From Antedon mediterranea (taxonomy: Eukaryota; Animalia; Echinodermata), in assembly GCF_964355755.1 (NCBI RefSeq), contig NC_092671.1:12524001-12588000 (forward strand): DNA of 64,000 nt. The letters run 5' to 3'. A model generated the notes under the pieces. That model was not told the DNA's origin, made no database searches, and saw only the letters and a list, made by a program, of their open reading frames with translations. Shown one piece after another: positions 39,601-51,600 of this stretch (positions are counted from its first letter, which is position 1; the number at the start of each line of letters is the position of its first letter). Position numbers and translations under genes: made by a program.

Positions 39601-42600
39601 TAGGTCTCAAACGAACCTCACATTTTCCTAAGTGCCTTCCTTTTGCCTTCCTTTTAAACATTGAGGCTGGTGTTCCCCAGTCTACCAGCCCCAACTACTT
39701 GCTTATACCTTTCCCCTTATTAACGATCACAATCTTAGCTAGGGCTTTGGTGATATATTGAGGTTTAAGTAGGATTATCCATATAGTTATTTTATTAATT
39801 CACTATATTTTGTGTATGAATATTGTATTAATTAATATTTCCTTTTTATGGCCTCCAGATGCTCCACATGTGATGAGGAACCTGACAGACACTGAGGTTT
39901 GGGAAGGCAAATCAACCCAATTTGAGTGTGTCATCGCAGCTAACCCCTCACCTAAGATAATCTGGCTGCTCAATGAGAACGTTGTACCACGTGACCATAT
40001 CACAGAATCCGATGGTGAGAGGCACCGCCTTGTCATACCAGAGGCATTTGTTGGTTGTAGCGGCGTGTACACATGTCTTGCTGAGAATGATTTAGGACAC
40101 GCCAGCACTGAAGCTTCTCTCAAGATTAGGCAAGGTGAGGAAAATGTTTTTTTGATAGGGAATTTTTCATTAGATATTAATCTTGAGTTTTTGCGCTTTT
40201 CAGTGTTGCATTTAAAGCCTGTTTTGCAGTCGACGTTGAGTTGCGTTGAATTGAACAGAATCATCGATTTTTAGAGGAAAAGGGGTAAAAATTAACACTA
40301 AAATTCATTAAAATCTGCAATCGTTGAACCACTTGATCATCATTATCGTTATTTATTTTCAACTTGAGTGATTTGAAAATGCAACACAACAGAAACGTAA
40401 CTCAATGTCGACTGGAAAACAGGCTTAACAGAATTGTATGCTTACTGATTACATTGCTACTTTTCTAAACCTTTGAAATTTATATTACTGTTGACAATTA
40501 ATATTAAAACATTTCTTTTAATTCTATGAGGTATGTTTTTTTTTGTTAAGAAAATTAATTAATAGTTAATTACATTTTACTTATGATTTACAAATTATTA
40601 ATGAATTGTTGTTTTGTTTATCCAAAAAATCTAAATTATCAACACACAGTAAAGTCAGTAAAGCTAATAAACTGAAGTTATCTGTTTCTAGAGGACGGTA
40701 TATAATACATTGCCCTTTATTAGTGCAGTTGGTTTAACCTATCATTATGGTAATGAGGTTAGACATTATTACATGTATATTACTATACAGCCTGCTGTGC
40801 GTGTACTATTTCATCTTTTGACGATTGATAAACCGGTTCAGTTCGCTTACGTCCATAGTTAACATTCTCCACATGCTTTCCTTTCTGACTTTGAAATGTC
40901 TGCATGTTCAGTTTGTATGTGATAATTATCAGTTGTAGGTCTCACTATCTCACAGTCAATGAATACATTTGAGTCTGAAAGATGTATCCATCCCTCAAAA
41001 CAATATTAATATAAAAAATTCATCTGATAGCTTTATAATCAAATAGTATAATTACTTTCAACAAAAACAGTAAAAAAAAAGATTATAATGTAAATTAATA
41101 ACTTATCTATAGTTACAAATTCCATTTCATTGAGTCATGTTTGTTTTGGTGTCAAATTGTAATAATTTAAAACAACATAAAATTAATAAACTATCAAGTT
41201 AATAGTCTAACATTACATTGGTATTTTGATATTAAATACACTTTTTTTGTGTTTTCATTCTTTATAATTATTTTTCAATGACTTTAAAAAGTCATTTAAA
41301 TGTAGAGTCATTTTTATCTGTAGTATAACAATGACTTCGAATATTAATTGGATGGCAAAAATTTGATTTTAAATTTATTTTATCCACAGAAGAGACAAGA
41401 AAGGAGATTGAATATGAGACCATAGAAAGGTAACTTTTTATCTTCTTTTAGCATAAATTGCTTTATTATACAAACGTTAAGATTCTTGCTATCTATAGTT
41501 GAACATGCATATTGCATTGCTAGTCTTCCAGTCCAAACCAATGTCCCTAGATCAGTTCTGATCGATCTATTTCTTATGAGATGAAGTAATTTTTAAAACG
41601 ATGTATTTCTTCTTAAAAGATACAGATTTTTCTCCAAGTTATATAAAACATATGAAAATAAACCTATCTATAATTATTGTTAGCATAGAATCATTAATTA
41701 TAAAATATTTTTAAAGTAATGAAATGTCTATGTTGTCAAAGAAAATATTTGCATGCATATATTTACCTGTAAGGAATTTTAATTTCCATGATTCGTAATG
41801 ATAGAAGTATGCAAGTCACTTTATTCTTCTGATTAGTGCACTCATTGGGTAAAGCAGTTGTAGATTACACAAAGTAAACAGGAAAGAAAAAAGTGTGGTA
41901 TTTGAAGAAGTGATCATAGTCTATTTTGGACGATGATGACATTTTTAAACGATATCAAAAAATTGATTATAATTATCTTATATTGAATATTACTGTCTTT
42001 AGGAATTTCATCATGGAAACTGATTATTATTATAAAATCAACAAATCATTTACATATTAATAATATTTATCAATTATGAACAAAACAATTTTTATTTTAA
42101 AATTAAATTTATTATTTAGATGAAAGTTTGGTTTGGTTTTTAAAATGTAAAATATTTTTTGCAAAATTGCCATTTCAATTATAAAGTTGTGAACTGATTT
42201 AGTAATTCTGCAGTAAGATAGTAATTAATATAGATTAGTTGTAATATAAAATGTGAATTAGTATGCTCTCCACTTAATGTTCCCTTGATATTTCTCACTA
42301 TAGCATAATCATAAGTTATCCATGATCTAATCTCAATACATATTTTACTATTCATCAATATTTATTTTCCCTGATTATTTATGCTAGTATTATTATTATT
42401 ATTATTATTTATCTCAGTATGTTATTTTGAAGAAATACTAAGCTTAAGCTCTGTTCACACTATCAAACTTTATGTGACAACAAAATGTGATGTGCCCATA
42501 TATGGGCATGATGTCATATCACTACCATATTTGGGAATATCACACTTTGTTGTCAAACTAGTTTGATAGTGTAGACAGAGCTTTAAACATATTTATATGC

Positions 42601-45600
42601 CTACTATGTTGGATCATGTGTAGTGTAACAAATATTCATGGTTTTGTAAATTAATTGGTCATAAACAAAAATAAAAATAACTATAAAAATCTTTTCTTAT
42701 TAGAATTATTGTCAGACATGATTTTAAACGCAAACTTTTAAAATCTAAAAAAACAATGAATTTTACTTTATTGTTTAATTAGTCACGCTCTGATAATTTT
42801 GTTATTTATAGTTTATGTCAATTAGTTAGTTTTTGTTGTTACATTTGACATTTAGCTAAGGTGATCCAGTTTGGTAATTACATTCTATTTGTTTTCTTAG
42901 ACAGTTGCATGGTTTAGGGGCATTTACTGTTATTTTTGTACTGAACTCTATTTTAAGAATATTCAAGTTTCTTTGTAGGAAATGCTTAGACTAAAACTCG
43001 AAGGTATTTTTAATTACAATTTGATCAGTATTATTATTTTATGCGATTCCTTTGTTAGGATAGATAGAAAATGGTGTTATCTATTAATGTAATTTAGAAC
43101 TTTATCCTGGTAAAGGTACTTAGTTAAAAATCAGCATGATTAATTGATGCGGATGGCATCTTGTGTTTTAAAGACAGGTGTCGTGTGACTGATGTTTATG
43201 CATCACTGTTGATGGCCAGGCCGTCATTGGGCCAGTATAACACCAATTATGGTGAAAGGCATCTGTGTGCATCAAAGCTTTTATTCACTTCCAGTCTGTA
43301 GCGGCCTGTAGAATGAGGGTGATATAATTTTTTAGACCAAAGTTGAATAAAACCCCATAATTATGTAGCTCAGAAGAGGGATATTACAAAAAATTTAAGA
43401 TTGGAGATATTTAAGGTAGGTAGTGTAGGGATTTTTTGAATTTTTAAATAGGATTTTTAACTTAGGACTTTAGTTGTATAGCATACTTAACATTCCATAT
43501 GATGTAAGGAGATGTACATGTGCAGTGTACTGCATTATGTAGGTATACTCTATTAGAAAAAATAATGAATAATCTTCAGATGTAAATTTCATTAAATAAA
43601 GTTACCTTTTGAGTAGTTTTAATATTTTTGATTTTACTTAATATTAAAAATATATTTTACAATTACATTAATTAAAATAATTACAATACAACATTTAATC
43701 AAATTTAAAACTTTTTTTATTATGGTATAATAGATAAATTATTTAATTATTTTTTATAATTATACATTTTATCAGATTCTTAGTACCCTTTTATTATATA
43801 AAAACCAGCCTTTAATTATGATAATTATTAATTAATTATTATTATTAAAAAAACTCTTTTTATTTTAAATTGTCAATTTTTTAATACGTGTTATTGGAAT
43901 CTGGGTGATTTAAGTAAAGTACAATAAGTAAAAAGAAATAAACATTCTAAACAAAAGTTTAACAATTTAATTAATTTAATGAGATGTTCACCATCACTTG
44001 CCGAATCTTTAGTTTTTACAGTGTTTCAGGTCAGATCGCCAAAGAAATTTTCCAACCTTTTTACACCTTGTAATAGTAACTTTCTGCTTATAATTTACCA
44101 ACAGACCATTTGCCAATTCACCTTTCTCTACTCACCTGCTTTTCATCTGCCCTCTGACTTTTTGCCAATCTAACTTTTGCCCTTTGCTTCATGGTCCATT
44201 GCTACCTAGGGTTTTCTCACACCACACCTGGTTTTTTACCACCAAAGATTAATGAAGAAAACATATGTTATTATGAACATAGTTAAAATGAATCTGAGTT
44301 CAGTACCTTTTAATACTATATTACAACAAAATTATAAGCAAATAAATTTATATAAAATATTTTTAAAGTAGGTGCTACAAATTGAGAAGGATTTTAAAAC
44401 ACACCTTGTTGTATTCTTGCAATTTCATTGGTTAATTTCATTAATTCATTTAATCTTTTATTTCGGAATCTCTGGTCCATAGAAAGTAAAATTACATATA
44501 AACTAGAGGGTACTCCGAGAGTACAAGCCTCCGCCTACTGTAAAATTCCCCTACATAAAATTCCCCCTGAATATTTTTTTTTTTACATTTTTTTTATTAG
44601 TTCTAAGTGTAAATATGTTAACTGCACACTACAAAGTTGTGGATGACAGTGTGGTGTAATGGTTATGTATCCAGCCTCTCACAGTTGAGATCACTGGTTC
44701 AAGTCCCACTGAGGGATTTTTTTTTTTTATTATTTTATTTCTTTTTTTTTGGTTTTTTGTGGAGCTTGATCTTTGACCCTGACCCTTCAAAATTTAACCA
44801 CAATTATATGATGTGTCATTGATCATTGTGGCTAAGTTTGGTGAGAATCGGATAAAAACTGTGGTCTCTAGGCAGTAAAATAGTTTTTTGTTAGTTGTGA
44901 CCTTAACCTATGACCTTTCCCCCTCAAATTCGAACTCGTCTGAGCTTTTGAGGCATAGATCATTGTGTCCGAATTTGGTGAGAATCGGATAAAAACTGTG
45001 GCCTCCAGGCTGTTCACAGACACACACACAAACACACACACACAAACACACACACAAACATACAGGGGTGAAAACATAACCTCCTTGGCGGAGGTAATTA
45101 ATTAAAAAAAAGTACTAATTACTACTACTCATCTCAGGATGGCATTTCACATGGAGAGCATCTTTGACTTATATAAGACGTTGCCTATAATTTTTTATGC
45201 ATCACGTGTCATATAGCAATACCTAACGGAAAATCTAATGGTGATAATTAACGTGTTCTAATGCACGTTCAGCTTTCTGTAAACATTTTGAGGATTTTTG
45301 CCATGCGACGTATCACGTTCTGGAAATCAACTTATGTGCCCGCCGCCTATAACTGTTCTACTCTGTGTCTAAATTTAGAGCACTGCCTTTTTAATGGCCT
45401 AGTTTCGGGCCTAGCATTTGTCAATGATTTATGATGGATATATTGAATAAAAGTAGGTGTGTATAAAACTAAATAATGAATGTTTTGTATTCGTTAAATG
45501 GAGAGAATATTTCAATCGATGAAAAATTAACTGCTCTTTTTGTAATGACGCATAACAGAGTTAAAAATAGAGCAGTCAATATTCTAACTATCCAAATCGT

Positions 45601-48600
45601 AAACATTCATTATTTGTATACCAAATATACACCTAGGAAAGATACCTGTCCCAAGGTTTCAAAAATGTATTTTAAAACCTTTCCATAATCATTGCAGTCA
45701 TTTTCGTTGCCCATATATAGGACTGTATGCAGTATTAATCTTTTTATAATGGACATATTAGAATGGATATAATATAGATCCACTCAATGTGATGATTGTG
45801 TATGTCATGTTTTTTCATCTCCATCATTGATGTTCTAAATCTATGACTTGTCTCGCTTTTGGGAATTCGGAGATCTTATGTTACATCATTGCTGAATTAA
45901 TAATGTGAACTGATTTCAATATGAATTTATAAATTTTCAATTGGATTACATGGTGTATATCAGTGTGATGTGTGACATCCCACTGAACGAGCTGACGTCA
46001 TCTACTGTAAAATAAATATTGACTTAATTTGAGGTTTTTCAACTGTGGCACCAACTGGATAGGGATCTTGTCTACGAATACATTCTAACAACTAGACATG
46101 TAATTCGTCACTTTGACGAGTTTGGTTATCCGCCGCGCAAGTGGTGCAACATGAACGTGTAACGACGTACCTTTTAACATTAAGGGATAGGTTGAGGACA
46201 AAAGGAAGTGTTCACGTTGGCATTATGACCTGAACTGAAGAATATGATATGTTGTTATTGCTGAATTCTATTATTTCGATTCATATATAGTATACACAGT
46301 ATAATCTGTATCCATATCACATACAGTGTAGAATAGGTGAAATTACTGGACCCGCTATTTATTGCAATTTTTAACATGTTGACGGTTTTAAAATGAAACG
46401 CAATGAAATTTGAATACGTGAAATATTGATGCGCGCTCTTTTAAATGTAATGAATTGTGACGCAAAAGATGAAAATACGACTTTTTTCATTTAACTGGCC
46501 ATATGATGACGTCACAACATCCGATTGGCAAAATTTTCACATGATTTCGTATCTACAATCCAATAGCTTCCATAAAACGTTTTAATCGTGATTATCAAAT
46601 TTTATTCTTACGAGCTATAACAGATTAAAATTTACTGTAAAGATGAAATTAATGCCACACGTAATTTAAATTTTTAGGGATGATGACGTCAAAAAAATTA
46701 AAATATTTCTAACTCATGCGAAAGACAGTTAATTGACCTAGACAATATGAAAATTTGGGTGAAAATGGAAAACGGATAAGTGGAGATGCGCTCTATTAAA
46801 TGTGATGAGCTATGACGAAAGATACAAAAATCCTAAATGTTATATTAGCGTGGCCATACGATGACGTCACAATGTCCCGTTAGCCATATTAATACATGAT
46901 CCGATATCTACAACTCATTAACTTCCAGAAAATGTCATCCACAAAAAGTTGACCGTGCAGTTTAGAAATTCTGACTGTTTAAAAAAAAGGCATAATTTTG
47001 ACGAATTTTTGAACTTTTTCATAAAAAACGCGCGCAAATTGGCCAATTCGACGTGCTCGTATGACGTTACTTTTAGTCAAAATTGTTTAAAAGTTGGTAA
47101 AATTACTAGAAAAAGCTGGAAAAACATAAATAACGCGAAAAAATATGTTTTTAATGCTACGTGCGCACCGCATACGTAAAAATTTGCGCACGCGTGGGAA
47201 TTTTTTACATGCTTAAAACGACATGAAACGCGTAAAAAATAGATTAGAAATTAATTTTGCGCATTTTGAAATTTTAAATGCGTGTGCACGCGTAACTTTG
47301 TGTAAAACAAGCAATTTTTTTTCTACAGAAAGTTAGCGCATGATATAAATTAAACTTTTGCAAAGTTTCAATTTGAAATGTTATTTGGTTTCGACCTTTT
47401 TCGACGTTAAATTGCGCGTAAGTCACGTTGCGCAATTGTAAACGTCATGAAAAGCTTCGCTTGACGACGTTACGTAAATGTCAATATGTTAAGATAGTTA
47501 ACAAAATGTTATGTTTGCAAGTTTTAGCGAAAAGCGTTACACAAAAATCATACAAAAAGAAAGAAGATGAAAAAAACGATGATGATGATTTCGTACAATC
47601 ACAAGAGGTTATCCTGCAACTTCGTTGCAGATAACCAATTATAGTAAATTTTACATTGCAAATCGTAACTAAAAGTTAGTGTTGAAATGGGGAAAATTGT
47701 TATAATGCATAGAGATATGATGCATGTCAGTTTTTGAACAAGTTTTCAGTTAAGTATGATTCTACAAGTCAGGATATCCGAAGATAATTGTATAACAATT
47801 GATCGTATACACTATCGTATTTCTTCGTTGCTCTATTAGTTTATACTGCAAAACGATGTCCAGTGTTTTAAGAGGCCTATTATGTTCCCACATTAAGGAA
47901 ATAAATCAAAATTAATTATAAACAATTTATTTCTTATGGTACAGTTACCTTATCCCTATTTAATATTAACACCTTGTAATGTATTCCCTTCCTTTCTATT
48001 TTAACTCATTTATCAATGTTAATGTAATATCTGCATTAATTATTTTCTGAACAAGCATGTTGAGGATAAATGATATGAAAGGCATGAAATAACAAAGATA
48101 CCATTTATAGATTTGTAATAGAAACTTAATATAAAAGCAAGCAAAACCATAATTTTGTGCATTTAATGTTTCAGAACTGAACGTTATAGTACCGTATACA
48201 TTTTAATTTTTTTTCATACACTTTATGGATTATCAATTTCCAATTTACTATTATTTTGTCTTCTTTTTACAGGACTGAAAGCAAGACTGTTTCTCACACA
48301 CGTGTGAGTTTAGATAACAGTATGCCAGCCCAAGAACCTCCACAGTTTAGCCAGTCACTAAAGAGCATCAACACTACTGAGGGGCAGCCAGTAGCGTTTG
48401 AGGCTCATGTGACAGGTAAGATATTGTTGAACCCACAAATGTAAAAACGCCCACAAATGTGAAAACAACCACAAATGTGAAAACGCATCACCCACAAATG
48501 TGAAAACAACCACAAATGTGAAAACGCATCACCCACAAATGTGAAAACAACCACAAATGTGAAAACGCATCAACCACAAATGTAATAAACAGCGCCCACA

Positions 48601-51600
48601 AATGTGAAAACGATCATCGCCCACAAATGTGATAACGCCCACGAATGTAAAAAAAAAAGAGAATTTTTCGGCCACAAATGTAAAAAAAAAAAATCAGATG
48701 AAATTTAATTCTAGACTCAAACAATTTTGATCGAGGTACTACATTATATCATGATTGTATTGAGTTGTTTCAATAATTGTTTGTTCACGATACGTCTGTT
48801 ACTACGTGGTTAACGCGTTGGATTATTATAATTTGCTGCTCATGCACGCGATATTTGCACGTAAACTCGTTTGTTTAATGAACGTAATAGTTCAAGACGA
48901 TATTTGTTATTTGCTGCGCGCGTGCACGATACTTCAAGGTCAAGGCCATGTTATATCATTGTTGCTTCTACTGTGTGGTTGTTGGCTTACTATTATGTAC
49001 GTATAGTTATAAGTCGATGTTCGATATTTTTTTTTTTGCGCGCACACGATACAACAAGGTCAAGGTTAAATTGCTACTTGTATGTAGTGTGTGGTTATTA
49101 ACTCGTTGGCTTACTGTTATGACTTCTAATGCTCATACAGTGTTATAGGCATCTCCAATCAAGTGTAAGCCTACTATTAGTAGATAACATTATTTAATCG
49201 CATTGCAACTCCTCCTTAAATATTTTGTTAGGTAATTCATGAAGCCAGTTTGTTCCTCATTAACAATACCGTTATACCTTGTACGTTGACTTATTTACTT
49301 ATAATTATATTATACATAAAAATTGTCGAATATACGTTTGATAGTAAATCAGTTAAATTGTAATGCATTCAATAGGTAATATTATTCTCCGTATATCTTT
49401 ATAATTATCCTCTAAAAATAGATATACAAATTAAACAATAAGCATCAGATTAAACCACGAATGTAAATAGTAGTAGCTGGCCTATAGTAGGAAGTTTTGT
49501 CCATTAGTATAATTGTTATAGATTTCATAGTATGTTTCATAGAATACATGTTCGTGACAAGTTTGATACTATCGTATCGTGTATTATGTTTGGTTGGATA
49601 TTGGTGTTACGGTATTATTCTATGTTACAATTTGTTTATCGCTCTAAAATAAAGAAATATTCTTTTATTAGTTGTTCTTGCTCTAGCTCTTGTATTATTA
49701 TCTTGTGGTTATAGTTTTGTAAAAAAATTGAACATAAGGAACTACTGCAACAACTGAACGACGAGTATAGCATTGATCTTGTAGTATCGTGTACACCGAG
49801 CATCGACCTGGAGCTATAATACGTACATAATACTAATATAGTAAGCCCAACTGCACTTCAAGCAGCAATGATATATGACCTTGTAGTATCGTGTACGCGC
49901 CCAAAAACATCGAATCGAGCATCGACTTGGAACTATACGTACATAACAGTAAGCCAACGAGTTAATAACCAACAATGATATAACATGGCCTTGACCTTGA
50001 AGTATCGTGCACGCGCGCAGCAAATAACAAATATTGTCTTGAACTATTACGTTCATTAAACAAACGAGTTAACGTGCAAATATCGCGCGCACGAGCAGCA
50101 AATGATAATAATCCAACGTGTTAACGACGACCCTAACAGACGTATCGTGAACAAACAACTCAATACAATCATGATATAATGTTTGTCTGAATCTAGCATT
50201 AAATTTGATCTGATTTTTTTACATTTGTGGGCGAAAAAGTCTCTCTTGTTTTTACATTTGTGGGCGTTATCACATTTGTGGGCGATGATCGTTTTCACAT
50301 TTGTAGGCGCTGTTTTCACATTTGTGGTTGATGCGTTTTCACATTTGTGGTTGTTTTCACATTTGTGGGTGATGCGTTTTCACATTTGTGGTTGTTTTCA
50401 CATTTGTGGGTGATGCGTTTTCACATTTGTGGTTGTTTTCACATTTGTGGGCGTTTTCACATTTGTGGGTTCAACAGATATTCCTAATTTTTTTTATCTG
50501 TATAAAATTAAAAATCCTCCAGAAATAGAGAGATACATTATCATTACAAAACAAAAGCAAAACAATACACAAAACAAAATGGAAACAAAATGCTTAGGTA
50601 GAAAGACAACACACTATTTGTGTTAGTGAATGGTGGCTGGCCAGATCTTTAAACAATACTTTTATAAAAAGGCTTTGGTATGTGTGCTAGCTATGTGAAA
50701 CCTATGAGGCATCAAAAGACCAACCACCACCACTAACTCTGTCTACACTATCAAACTTTATGTGGCAAAAAAATATATGGACATGATGTAGTATTCCTAC
50801 TACCATATTATTTGTCAAACTAGTTTGATATTGTAGACAGCGTTTAGTAAAATCATAATCAATATGTATTATGTATTATTATATATATTATGTTTAAAAA
50901 AGTATACAAAAAAAAAGTAATGCTGAAACTGCATGCTGCATTAATTTTAAATGTCTTTGATAATATCTGAAAACTGTATTTAGAAAAGCATATTAGTATA
51001 GATTTACTAGAAATTGCCCTTTCTCTATATCATAGGCGATCCGGAACCAACCGTCACATGGTTCCGTGACAATATCGATGTGTCCAAATGCCCTGACTAT
51101 GACATCACAATCAAAAACGGCGTGTGCTGTTTAAAAATTGAGGAAGCATTTCCGGAGGATGCCGGCAAGTTTAAAGTGGTTGCTGAGAATGCCATCGGGA
51201 AAGCATCGTCCACCGCCAACTTGGTGGTCGAAGGTTTGTGAAAAGGACCCTTGCAGCTCAATGCATGTTTATACTAAATTGAATACCGTGTTTATTTGAT
51301 AAAAAAACATCACTGGTTTTCAGTCCCCTTTCTCTTATCATTTTTTTTTTCGCTACCATCTTTCATTATATCAATAATGGTTAAAAAAAAAAGATGAGGC
51401 TTAGTTAAAAAATGTGTTGTTTACTCAGATAACTACGGTATTTTAGCATGCTTCTCATTGTTATTATTGGTGAAAATGTAACTTCCTGTATCTAAATATT
51501 GCGCTTAAAATTTAAACACTTTAGTATGCATGGTTATCAATCTATCTGTGTAATGTTTCAAGCTTAATGGGATTCGAACCCCACCCTTTGACTGGTATCT

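Noticed and set aside
42979-43003. 25-nt AG/GT-bounded candidate coding microexon
   Set aside because: It has a stop in the phase required after 41429, and its own ATG frame does not match exon 48273. At most it is a UTR exon.
44647-44711. tRNA gene (also 37439 and 51569)
   Set aside because: A/B boxes are present but the stems are degenerate. These are better explained as tRNA-derived repeat segments.
48432-48680. CCACAAATGTGAAAAC repeats resembling a CRISPR array (also 50220-50470)
   Set aside because: Units are only 16-20 bp with no unique spacers, they are mirrored at the other end as transposon subterminal repeats, the context is eukaryotic and there are no cas genes.
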